From NCBI GenBank assembly GCA_964016885.1, contig OZ024743.1, positions 339,202,001 to 339,266,000 on the forward strand: a stretch of DNA of 64,000 bases, written 5' to 3'. Below, one piece after another: positions 38,790 through 50,600 of the stretch (its first letter is position 1; each line of letters begins with the position of its first letter). The notes beneath the pieces are model-generated. The model searched no databases and was not told the DNA's origin. It worked only from the letters and a program-made list of their open reading frames with translations. A program made the position numbers and the translations under genes. Origin of the DNA: Eledone cirrhosa (Eukaryota).

Positions 38790-39135
38790 GTTAACCCATC
38801 ACCCTACCATATCAACATATTGACCCATTACCCTCTCATACCACCAACATTTAAACCCATTATCCTACTATACCACCGTGTTGACCCATTACCCTATACC
38901 ATACCACCAATATGTTGACCCATTGTTCTACCATACCACTGATATGTTGACCCATTGTTCTTCTTTACCATTGATATATTAACCTATTACCCTACCATAT
39001 GACTGATATATTAACCTATTACCCTACCATACCACTGATATGTTGACCCAGTGCCCTACCATATGACTGGTATATTATCCCAGTGCCCTACCATACGACT
39101 GGTATATTATCCCAGTGCCCTACTATACCACTAAT
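38790..39135. repeat. ~31-bp degenerate minisatellite (TTGACCCATTACCCTACCATACCACTGATAT)
   Basis: Direct reading. Ends just upstream of an exon acceptor. Confidence 0.8.
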
Positions 39136-39158
39136 ATTTTGCCATTTCTCTCCATCAG

Positions 39159-39332
39159 AATGAAGAAAGGTACAGCCTACCACTGGGATCTATTCATAGT
39201 TGGTGTCATCAATGGAGTCCTCTCACTATTTGCCTTCCCCTGGCTACATGCTGCCTTACCACACTCTCCTCTACATGTATTAGCTCTGGCAGATGTAGAG
39301 GAGAGAGTAGAACAGGGACATGTTTATCAAAC
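39159..39332 (+). CDS. SLC4A11: SLC4A11-like exon
   Basis: CAG|..|[16 protein letters not shown]...[30 protein letters not shown] is a typical SLC4A11 signature. Confidence 0.95.
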
Positions 39333-39790
39333 GTAAGTAACAACTTCATTTACTCTTTTGGGCTTTGGTCTTCGATCATTTGGTTTAGTTAGGTTTGGTC
39401 TTTGGTAGTTTAGTCTGATTTTTGGTGGTTTAGATTGGTTAAGTCTTGTTGTTGGTGGTTTGGTCTTGTCATTGGTAGTTTGGTCTTGTCGTTGGTAGTT
39501 TGGTCTTGTCGTTGGTAGTTTGGCCTAGTTATTAGTATATCTGGCAAAGTTCTGTCTGTATATCTGGGATATTAACTGTCATACTTCTATCTGTATGCCT
39601 GGGATACTAAATTCCTGTATATCTGGGTTATTATATATCTATCATAGTTATAGCCAGTATATTAAGTGCCTATTATAGTTCTGTTTGTTTGTTTGTGATA
39701 TTAAACATCTATCGGATATAACTCTATGGCCAATATATTAAATATTTGCCGTAGTTCTACCTTTGTTCAGCATATGAAATATGTATCATA

Positions 39791-39986
39791 CGAGGCTGAG
39801 CTATAAAGTTCATAGGCTGACTATGAAGGAGTGATGCTAGAGCTGTGAAATCTTGCATGCATTAATTTCAACTCATCTTATTAATAACTGCATTGTTTCT
39901 TTCTAGGGACTGTTGAAAAATAAACCTCATTTGGTTATTCCATGAGAGTATCTTGGTCAGCCTATGAACTTTTCAGCCAGCCCTCA
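39791..39986 (+). mobile_element. MITE derived from the mariner at 34162-35557 (opposite orientation)
   Basis: TA-flanked TIRs. Internal blocks match both ends of the mariner. Confidence 0.8.
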
Positions 39987-40015
39987 TAGTTCTGCCTGTA
40001 TGTCCAATATATTAA

Positions 40016-40170
40016 CCCTTTAGCATTCACATTACTCTATATACACTATTATATTTTCATGGTAAAGGCTTTACCTCGAATAATTATCTCACATATCGAA
40101 TCTGAGACCAGTTACGGCCAGTTTCTACAGAAAAAGGTTGAGAATTCTGGCTGGTTTGAACATTGAAGGG
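40016..40170. mobile_element. piggyBac-type MITE, second copy
   Basis: TTAA-CCCTTT...AAGGG-TTAA. Inverted relative of 38034-38254. Confidence 0.6.
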
Positions 40171-40289
40171 TTAAATATCTATCATAGTTGTACTTGAATG
40201 TCTGTGATATTAAATTTATATCAGTTCTATATGTATGTTCAGGATATTAAATGCTCTAATATAGATCTATGTTTATTTATCTATATCAG

Positions 40290-40482
40290 GATTGTGTATG
40301 TCCGAGAAACCCGCTTGACGGCTGTATTTTCCCACATTCTAATTGGACTGTCCCTATTGATACTGAACTACTTGGCTTATATACCTTCCCCTGTCTTATT
40401 TGGACTCTTCCTGTATGTTGCTATCACTGCCCTCTATGATAACCAGATGTTTGAAAGGATCTGCCTACTATTTACTGAACAG
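40290..40482 (+). CDS. SLC4A11: SLC4A11-like exon
   Basis: CAG|..|GTAAGA. Encodes IVYVRETRLT...IPSPVLFGLFLYVAITALYDNQMFERICLLFTEQ. Confidence 0.95.
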
Positions 40483-40777
40483 GTAAGACAACTTTTTACT
40501 TGTGTACCTACTAATGGGTCTAAAGTGGTTGTGTGAAGTGGCTAATACCACATGTGTGAGTTGTCTATTGAGTGAGCACATAGCACCAGATGCTTGGGTA
40601 CACAGCACCACATGTGTACATATAACCACATGAGTGGGTACATGTCACACGGGTGGGTACATAATATCAAATGAGTAGGTACCCAATACTACTTTAGTGG
40701 GTGCTTAACACCAGATGAATGGGTACTTAATACTACATGAGTGGGTACATATCACATTAGTAGGTATACATAGGGTA

Positions 40778-41055
40778 AAGACCCCTTTCAGTCATGAATG
40801 ACCATGGGATTTGTAGCTAGAAAGTTCCTCTTGGAGGCACAAGTCTGGGCAAGGTTGTTTGTGGAAGACCAGCAGTCACCTATGCATACCAGTCTTCCCT
40901 CTCCGTGCCACCGATGCTGTTCAAGAGAAAGGCAATGGCCGATACAGCTTGGCACCAATGACGTCGCAACTCATTTCTGGAGTAATGTAAAATGTGTCTT
41001 GTTCAAGAACACAATGCATCACTTGGTCCAAGAATTGAACTCACAACCTCAAGAT
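40778..41055 (-). mobile_element. SINE remnant (CORE-like block on minus strand)
   Basis: GTGTCTTGTTCAAGAACACAATGC is the reverse complement of a CORE-type GTGTTCTTGAGCAAG motif. It interrupts a GAGTGGGTAC minisatellite. Confidence 0.5.
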
Positions 41056-41148
41056 TGCTCTACATTACATATGGGTACATGTCACATGAGTAGGTAGATA
41101 GGTCATATAAACTACCTGAACACTAATTAACTATGTTGTTTGTTTCAG

Positions 41149-41318
41149 TCTGCCTATCCACCCAACCATTACATACGACAAGTACCCCAGAGGAAGATGC
41201 ATTTCTTCACAGGTGTCCAGGTGTTCCAATTACTCATCCTCTGTGTGTTTGGGTTTACTCCGTATCCATATTTAAAGATGTTCTTCCCTGTTTTAATATT
41301 TGCACTCATACCTTTCAG
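41149..41318 (+). CDS. SLC4A11: SLC4A11-like exon
   Basis: CAG|..|GTAAGT. Encodes [24 protein letters not shown]...[17 protein letters not shown]. Confidence 0.95.
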
Positions 41319-41360
41319 GTAAGTTAATTTATTATTCATTTCATCAAACATAATCTAAGT

Positions 41361-41985
41361 TTGACCATAGGTAAGAGCTGACATGAATAAAGTATTAAAG
41401 ATAGCGAGTTTGGCTTTTACACCTCCCTCCCTCCTTATTACTGAATGTTGAAGCTGGTGCATTACTGCACTTAATTCAGCCTCCTGTCACCCATCACTCA
41501 TGAACACAGCCCTGATATACTTGAACTTCACCTGCTTCAGTGGAACTCTGCTTACATGTAGAGTGTTTTAAATCTTGGGTAATGACCAAAAGAATATGAT
41601 CGCGGATACAAGCAGCCGAAATGGGGTTTCTCTGAAGGGTCTTTGGAGTAATGTTACTCAATAGTGCGCAGCTCAGAGATCAGAGTTGCTCCAAGTAGAG
41701 CCACTATTTCTCCGAATTGAGAGATCACAGCTCCGATACTATGGGCATGTGATTAGAATATCTTAGGAAAGAAACGCTGGACATATTTTATGGGCAAAAC
41801 CAACAGGCAGGAGACCCAGGGGTAGACCTCAAGCAAGATGGTTGGATAACATCCCTGAGCTTGGCTGGTATCGCTTAGGAATCTAGCCGGATCAGTTGGA
41901 AACGGTTGCTTCTGACAGGACTCGCTCGAAGGAGTTTTTGAGGACTCTGCCCCTACAACCCTCTCAAGAATGAGTGGGTGAAGAG
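41361..41985 (+). mobile_element. Old RTE-like LINE fragment with 5' inversion (relative of 36945-37830)
   Basis: Minus piece KFKY..AKLAIFN..LTYGQ at 41361-41565. Plus piece WVMT..IQAAEMGF..LRYYGHV from ~41571. Confidence 0.75.
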
Positions 41986-42317
41986 AAGAATCTAAGTTTA
42001 ATATTTCACTTAAGTTTTCAGATTTTTCCAACCTCTTTCCCACCTTGCTTATTAAATTTTGCTAATCTAACTCTGGAGAAATTTTATTTTAAGTGGTAGA
42101 ATTGTAAACTCAATATGTAAACTTAGTGATTAATTCTGGTTTTTAAAACAAACCAAGGGAGATAACCAAGAAAAATAATTATCGACTTAATCCCCCACCC
42201 CGCTTATTCCACGCCCCTACTATTTGGGGCCCGAGAGTAATTGTTGTTGTTGGTGTTGTTGTACATTGCAAGTGAGAGGTGTCAGCTGTCTAATCACTAT
42301 ACTGTCTTTTATTTCAG

Positions 42318-42378
42318 ACATAAAATTATTCCTTATATAATTGACAGCAAGTATTTGAGTGCCATGGATGGTAGTTAA
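42318..42378 (+). CDS. SLC4A11: SLC4A11-like terminal coding exon
   Basis: TTTCAG| then (R)HKIIPYIIDSKYLSAMDGS-TAA, in phase with the previous exon. Confidence 0.85.
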
Positions 42379-45300
42379 TGGATGATAGCCTTCACTTCAC
42401 ACGTGGATGAACTGACTGACCAAGAGTTCAGATTTACAGGGATACAACACATTGCAGACATTTTTGTGTATGTGTGTCTGTCTGTTTCTATGTGTTTGTG
42501 TCTCTTTGTGAGAGAAAGAATTGCTATATTTTATATTTTTTATTATTTTATATTTTACTTATTTTTTAAATATACATTTTAAGAAAATTAAAACTAATCC
42601 TTGTAGGTTATTGGGGTAAAGTGAACAGAAATTTATTTTATCCTTTTTGAAAATTTACTTCAAGTTTATCATAGTTAAGTCTCAAACTCTTAACATCCTG
42701 TATCACATGAAAGTGCATTAGCAAAACTGCACTATGACTGCAACACATTGAAAATTAAAGTCTTTACATTAACACTGTAAATAAACATTTTATGATGATG
42801 AAAAGTATCCAGTATCCACCCTGTAAAGTTGTATTGCTGGTGCCACAACGAATAGCACCCAGTCCACCCTCTCAAATGATAGTGCTGGTGCCACAAGGAA
42901 AAGTTCCCAGTACATGTTGGGATACTATAAACATTGAAACAGCATTAGCAAGTAAATTCTTGGAATGTACAAAACAGCACTATTAAAAATTAGACTTTAC
43001 TGCAAATTTCTACAATCTGTTCAATGGTAGTAAAATTACTATAAACATTTGAATTAACAAACCACATGAAACTGTATTAGCAAGGCATCCTATTAAAAAC
43101 TAGTCTTTACTTAAATACTAAAATTTCCACAATCTGTCCACTAATAAAGATACCATAAACATTTAAATTATCAACCTCATTTTGAGATTTTCTGCTAAAT
43201 CATTAAATGTTCACCTCAACTTTTGTCTGACTATCTACATCATACCTTCATTGTTTGCTGTTGGATATCATTCTGTGACTGTTTTAAATATGTCGGCCAA
43301 TTAAAAACTGAAGACCTATATATATGAGAAACAGTAACAAGGGAAAACAAAACAACAAAATACAGTACGATATTAGTTTAATGCTTCATATAGTAAAAAA
43401 AATAGTTTTAATGTTTCGGATGTCAGTCTTTCATTGGAAGATAGGAGAAATAAAAAGATAAGCGTGAATACATATCATAATCGTTCTTTTATGCTGTTTT
43501 TTCCAATATATACCCAGAAGGGGTACTCACTGAAACACTTACCACCTATTTGTTCAGAAAATAAATCTTATACTCTACCTACATGTATTGAGTGCACATT
43601 CAGTTAATGTTTGAACATTTTATGAACACTAGTATTTAAAACACCCACTTGAATAAATATAGATATAAAATAAAAAACGATTGATATAAATATATCAAAC
43701 ATTAACAGGAGATAAATTGTAAAAGGATGTAAGAACATATGTCTAAAAGAATTTGGTATTATTTATATGTAACATCCTTATATTAGTTAGTTATCTAATA
43801 TATATACATATATGTGGTCGACGGCTGAGAGAAAAGTGTACTCAATAGCAGAGAGTTTAAATATTAATTTATGATGACCTTGTGATAAACAGCCTGATTA
43901 ACGAGACTCACTATTTAACCTTAATAAAATGCATATATATGAGATATTAGGAAGGGTTAGAATTCCTGAATCAAAATCATTTTATGATCTGGCAATTAAT
44001 ATGAGCAATGATGCACATATCCCCAAGATGGAGACAATGGTTGAATAGATTCTGAGGTCATTCAAGACAAGAAACTATGTTGGTTCTCTGGAAATATTAT
44101 TTCGCCTCAGCTGCCTGAACTATTGCACTCAGCTCAGCTATAGTTACTTGCAGTGTCAAATTAATTGTGGAATGTGAAGCAATCTAAGGAAGTTACACTA
44201 GAGATTGCTTCAGTGAATGAGATGAGCTTCAGGGCTGGGTTGAAAGAATTAAGATGCTATATGTTGGACTGAAGATGGATGAGATATGCTGTGGTGTGTA
44301 TATATATATATATATATGTATATAGATACATATATGTGGGAAATCCTGGATGGGCTAGCATCAAACTTTGGTATTAAGAGCTAAACCAACCCCCAAATGG
44401 GACACGGTCCCAGTCTCCATCTTGAAATAGCTTGAAGTTCAAAAGCCAACAACTCTTTAATATAATGTCCAAAAGCCTGAGATCTACACAGTGGGGCTGG
44501 ATGGAGATGTTTTCAAGATCAGAGGTGAATCTACTTATTTTTGAATCTCGAATAATCATCCCCACTCAATCCCTGCTTATTAATTCTTCAGGTTTCTTCC
44601 CTCCCACACCCACCTATTTAATTTTGCTAATCGATCTCCAGCAAAATTTTATTTCAAGTTGTAGCATTCCTGCGACAATTTTCTTTATACATTAAAAAAA
44701 CATTCATGGGTTGGGGGGTCTCAATATGTAAACTAAACTAACTTTTTTAAAAACATCAACGGAGACATCCTAGAAAAATTAATGATTCTCCGGGATCCAA
44801 GAGTAATGGTTGAGCAGCTGTCTAATTCTCTCATTTATCAATCAAAGATGGCTACAGAAAAATTAGCAACAATGGTAGTGTGTATGACCAATAGTTGTTA
44901 TAGATATATCAAACAATTATAGATGGAGTGATTGGATGCATGTAGTAGTCGTATTTATTATAAAGATCTTGGACGACTTCGACTTATGTTTCTCCATGCC
45001 AACAACTTAGCTGTTGGCGTGATGAAACTCAACCATGATACATTTATAATTCCCAGATATTATTTCTTGCTAAAAAAATTTGTAAATAAACAAAATTGAA
45101 AAGATTTTATATTTTTGTTTTTTAAATTTTATTTCAAATATTTTATAACAAATAATTACCATGTATAAGCTGATCCTTGTATTTCAAATCTAAGAAGTGG
45201 TTAAAAATCCAAACTCTAATAGCCAAGGTATTTAGCTGGATTGGTTTTTCATAATAGGAGGATATTTTTATGTGTTGTTTCTGATTCACAACTACATTAA

Positions 45301-45579
45301 TTTCTTTTAGGATTTCATCCATCTTATATAATTTTTTGGTGCTATTATCTGCTAAAAGGAAATAAATTCATCTTCCTCTCATTCTGAACTAGCCACTGTG
45401 TGTGTAAACATACTTCTAAAATGTAGTGAAAGTGTTTCATTGTAAAGCTATCATTGCAGATATCGAAATATTGACATCAAATATAACTGTCACATATTTC
45501 TTGGCTTATACAAGAATTTATATGGTAATTGGTTTTTAGACCATCTGTCCAGAGATATCCCTCACTCTCACCATTCTTC

Positions 45580-45765
45580 TCAGCTACATTCTATAATGGA
45601 TGATTCTAGAAATTTTTTACATCCTTTGTATTCTGTGATTAAATCATTATAATTAAACTTGTGTGGCATGTGGTTGAAGATCCTTACCAGAGTGAACCTC
45701 TCGGCTGCATTCCTGCCATAGAACAAGGTGAGTTGTCTGGCCAGGTTTAGAGCACTGGCTTTGTC
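45580..45765 (-). CDS. ATPAF1: ATP synthase F1 assembly factor 1 (ATP11), last coding exon
   Basis: TTGCAG| then DKASALNLARQLTLFYGRNAAERFTLVRIFNHMPHKFNYNDLITEY. This resembles the Atp11 C-terminus (..ANQVQLFY....YGLVETFN..P.EF.Y..VI.EL) as I recall it. Confidence 0.78.
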   Translation of the reverse strand, partial: DKASALNLARQLTLFYGRNAAERFTLVRIFNHMPHKFNYNDLITEYKGCKKFLESSIIECS

Positions 45766-46737
45766 CTGCAACAAATAGTGAAATTATAATGTTGACATAG
45801 CAAAGCACTTATTGTTTAGCTTCTGTTCAATCCTGATCAAATAGAACTATGATATAAAACAGTCATGGCAAAACTGTGGCTTGTTTAGCTTTCTGAATAG
45901 CACACCTAATTCCAGAATTGCCTTGAATCTTTTAATAGTGACCATGTCTTTTTAGGGGGGAAAGTATCCAGGGCTAAATTAGATAATGTCTTATGCTTTT
46001 AAAAAAAAAATCAAAAAAAAAATCAGTAACTTGGCTGTTATTTCTAGCACGTCAAGCAACTATGTAGAGGCTTATTTGTAAGAAGTAAACCTCAATGATA
46101 CAAAAACAAATCCCACCATAGGGTGACTGTGGAGGAACTAGAGTTAAGTTAGCAGTGATTTATACTAAATACTGACTAGAAGATTATGTCCATGGTCAGG
46201 ATGAAAAGATTTAAGTGAAAGACTGCAGCATTAATGAGTAGCGCTCGACACATGTCAATGTGCAACCAAAAGACATATGGTAAGATGATGGTTCAGTTGT
46301 CATGACAACGGATGGTAGGTAGTTCAGTTCATAAAACTGACTGCCCATTAATCATTGACATTGTTTCTTATTTCATATTGATATAGCTGCATTTTAGCTA
46401 CCACTTCATGTATGTTATGTATTTCATTTGCAGATCTATCCAACTGAACAGTTCCACCCAGAGCCAGGTGGTGATATCAAATCATCACCATAGAAACAAA
46501 GACAGTGAGGTCGAACAAAGAAAATATTGAAGTAAATTTACCCCACATGTAGTGAGAGAAACAATGGGGTTGATTTGAGGTATCTTACTCCATATGTGGT
46601 AGTAGAAAGATGGATTAATTAGAGGTAATTTTTCCCTAAATGTAGTGGGAGAAATACAAGAGTTAATTAGAAGCAACCCCCTCCTCCAACATGTAGTAAG
46701 ACAGTGTAAGTATTTGAGAAGATTTCAGTAAACTTAC

Positions 46738-46778
46738 CATGATTTTAGAGTCATAATCTCCAGACATCAAGACTAAAC
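46738..46778 (-). CDS. ATPAF1: ATPAF1 penultimate coding exon (41 nt)
   Basis: Poly-T-ACCAG|..|GTAAGT. (G)LVLMSGDYDSKIM resembles Atp11 GIVLM.GE.D and joins the last exon in phase 0. Confidence 0.75.
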
Positions 46779-46951
46779 CTGGTAAAAAAAAAAAATGTGA
46801 GTGTACTAAAAAGGGTCACGACATATCATATGCTCTCTTTATGTGTGTGTGTATATATAATATAGTGTATGACATAAGATGTACCCCCCCCCCCCCCCCA
46901 CACTGAAGTTGATCCAACTATACCAAAAATAGAATGTTCAAGTGAGACATA

Positions 46952-46952
46952 G

Positions 46953-46989
<37 letters not shown>

Positions 46990-47049
46990 CTATATATATA
47001 TATATCTATATATCTATATATATATATATCTATATATCTATATCTATAT

Positions 47050-47080
<31 letters not shown>
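46952..47080. repeat. (CT)n-(AT)n/(ATCT)n microsatellite at the PLE insertion site
   Basis: Direct reading. Confidence 0.95.
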
Positions 47081-47302
47081 TCGTTTCTGAATTTGTTTAG
47101 CAAGATTCTTTATCTGAAATCGTGTGTTGAAACCGATATTGTTATACTTTGGGAGGGTCATGTTGCCAATAAGAAACACACGCACCAGTTGCTTTCACTT
47201 CAATTTAATTTATTAAATATTTATAAGTTTACAAATTTAAAAATTTATAAATTTCTGGTTGGTTGGTTGGTTCCACAACCAGATAGTTGTTTATATATAT
47301 AT

Positions 47303-47347
47303 AGTCATAGTTCTTTCGTCACACACTCTGTGACCTCTTCAGTGACT
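47303..47347 (-). ncRNA. Minimal type I hammerhead in 3' pLTR
   Basis: Reverse complement of AGTCA-CTGAAGA-GGTCACAGAGTGTGTGAC-GAAA-GAAC-TA-TGACT. Confidence 0.75.
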
Positions 47348-47637
47348 GGGGATTTCTTTCTTCGTTTCTGTGCCTTTCCTTTCTTCTATCCTACGCCATT
47401 TTGTTTGTGTGTGGGTTGCGTGCTCAGTTTGCGCATGCACCACATCCGGGTGTCTGTGTGTGTGTTTGTGTTCATTTTTCTATTTTTCTATTTATATTTT
47501 TCTATTTGTTTGTTTATTTATTTATTTATTGTTGGTTGGTTGTTTGTTCTATGTGTGTGTGTGTTTTCATTTTGTCTTGTGTGTGTTTTCAATTGTAAGT
47601 TGTTTGTTCTATGTGTGTGTGTGTTTTCATTTTGTCC

Positions 47638-50600
47638 TTAATTGTAAGTTGTGATGTTGCTGTTCCACTCATATTTTCTATTTAATTTTGGTTTTAATTC
47701 TTTTATGCTTACTGCCTCTGTAATTTGCCTAAACATTGCGTCTTTCTTGTGTGTGGATTCTATTTTTATTTCTATGCTCTCTAATTTACCCCTGTGTTCT
47801 ATCTTAGCATGTTGGTAGAGCACAGATGATTCTTTACTATCTTGGAGGTCTCGCCAGTGTTCATTTATTTGTTCCCCTATACTACGAGCTGTCTCACCTA
47901 TGTACACTACATTTTTGTTTCTACATTGTCCTTCAGTACATCTTATGCTATATACTACATTTCTAGTTTTACAGTTAATATGGGGGCTTATTTTACAGGT
48001 TATGCATTTCTTATCTATACATGAGGGTCTTTGGAACGGGTATGTCTTGCTAATAAGTGTTTTTACGGAGGTACCAGGTCTTTCTACTATCTTAATATTG
48101 AGATTATGTTTCTTTAGGGCCCTTCTAAATTTGTAGGCTAGTTCGCCTCTAGGGGTTGTATTGATGAACATTACACTCTGGTATTTATTGCTATCATACC
48201 ATGAGTTTATTCTATTGGCCTTGTTCTTAGTTCTTTCTATTCTATTCCAAAATTTGCTCCTATACAAGGGGCAGGTCCCATTTATGTCATTATTTACCAT
48301 TTTTTCCCATTTGGTTCTGGCTCCTTTATACACTCTGATTCTATCTCTCTGATTGTAGCCAGAGAACTGCATACGGTGGATGAAGTGTTGTATGTGTCTC
48401 TCTAGTTCTTCGGGGTTGCACATGCGGGACACATTTCTCATCACCCGTACCAAATCCGCAATCAGTATGTTGATTTTGGTATGGTCCGAAATGGCCGAGT
48501 TTCGGTGGATCAGATGTTTGGAAGTCATGGGTTTGGCATAATGGGAATGGAGGATTTGTTTTTGGTTGTTAATAGTATCTAACCAGAGCTCTGTGTCTAG
48601 TACAGGTAATCGATGGTTGGGGTGTCTACTTGGGTAGTCTATAGTAACTCTAATGCTCTGGTGGATGGAGTTTGCTATTTGCTGGATGCTTTCCATTGTG
48701 TTTTTCTCTAGTTCCTGACTGTTCTTTAGTGGGGGTGTCTTAACTACGATGTTTATATCATCTACGTAGCGGGAGTACATTATCAGGGTTAAGCTGTCTT
48801 CTAATTGTTCATTAAGTTTTTGTTTAAGTCTACTGTCCCACCATACCATGAATAAGTTAGCTATGTCGCCTGCAATGCTAACACCAATGGCTGCTCCTTC
48901 CTCTTGGGCATATGTTTTACCATTAAATTTGAACATATGTTCCTTAAGGGTTAGTTTTATGCTGGCCCCTACCGCATGTGCAATCATTTTCTTCAGTTCA
49001 TCGTGGTTTTCGGGTGTCCGTATGGCTCTGGTCCACCCGTTCCATCTATCTGTGTGGGTTTTCTTGGCCATTGAGGTAATGGTAGGTGGTCTGCCTCTTG
49101 CTGGTCTTGTAGGGCACAGGTTGCTAAGGTCATAAGTGTCTAGGTAACTATTACTATGGGTAAGCTTAAGTAGAAGTCCCAGCTCACTGGTATCAATCCC
49201 ACGGAACTCAACCTTGCTCTCGCTGATCATTTCGACGCATTTCTCCACAGCAAAATCCACGTCAATAGATGGATACAGGGACACAACATCCATACTGCCT
49301 ATTATGCAGTTTGTTAGGTCCCCAGATCGGTTACCCGCGCCGATTCTGCTGAGGAGGTCCTCCGTGCTGTCACACACATCTGGGGACATCTCAATGATGG
49401 GGCGTATGATCAGGGAGAGGAAGTAGGACAGTCTGTAGTTACTAGCAATGTTAGCCCCACAGACTGGCCGTGTTGGTGGTCCCGTGACAGGGTCCCAGCC
49501 CGTTTTATGGTCTTTACGAAGCCCATACAACGCCGGCACGTCATTGTTCCAGGCCTGGAAGTTGTTGGCAGTCCTTTTGTTGGGCTGCATTATATTTGTC
49601 CACATCACCATATGGGCATTGAGGGTTTTTTCTCTATCCTCATGCTCCTGTGGTGTTACCTCTCTTGTGTTAGTGATGTGGGGTTGCATTGCCTGGATGT
49701 AGTTTGGCAGGCTGTCAACCGACATTCTGCCAGACTTGTCTGTTGGAAAGCATGCTATCTCTCCATTACGCGAGCGCTGCATGAGCTTACGCAAGCCATT
49801 TGCAGATTCTTCTCCCAGTTGCTGGGCCTCTATTCTATTATGCTTCTTGCTATACTGTTCTATAATATTTCTAAGTTCGGATTTAGCTATACTAAATTGT
49901 GCCCCTGTTTGTTCATCGACCTGCGACGGCAACTGCGTGCGTTTGTTAAATGGCAAAGTCGTGGCGTGGACTCGTCGTAGGTCGAATGATTTATCGGAGG
50001 GGTTATAAAACGGAGAGTTCCAGGCTGCTGCTTTATGTGTACTAGTGCTATTGTTATTGTTAGTTGTGTTGTTTCTATTTCCACCAACAGCAGCAGCCTC
50101 AGCTTCATGGTTGTTTCTATGTCTCTCATAATTACTCCTGTCTCTTTCCACTGGCTCAATGTTGTTATCTACCCTATTTTGTGTGTCTGTGTGTTCGTCT
50201 TGGTTATTCTCTTTGTCCTTAGTCTCCCATCTCCTTTTCCTTTTCCTTTTAATCCTATTACTTTCTCTTATTTCTCTGATTTCTGTGCTACTGTCATTAC
50301 TTGTTTTCTGTGTCTGTGTGTTTAAGATTGTGGTGAGAGGCATTGAATGCGTGTGTGTTGTTGTTGTTGTGTGTTGTTGTTGGTGTGTGTTGTTGTTGTC
50401 TCCGTGTGTGTGTGTGTTATCGTTGTTGTGTGTGTTGTTATTGTTGTTTGTGTTTGCGTGTCTGTTGTTGTTGTATCTGAGTATGTTGCTATTGTTGTTG
50501 TTGTTGATGTGTGTGTTGTTGTTATTATTGTCTCCGTGTGTGTTGTTATTGTTGTTTGTGTCTGCGTGTCTGTTGTATCTGGGTATGTTGCTATTGTTGT

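Noticed and set aside
44374-44695. Short ORFs between the two genes
   Set aside because: No homology recognised and there are upstream stops. Probably UTR or intergenic sequence.
45682-45688. GTAAGG donor-like site inside the last ATPAF1 exon
   Set aside because: Similarity to Atp11 continues past it (LVRIFNHMP..FNY), so the exon most likely reads through to the stop.
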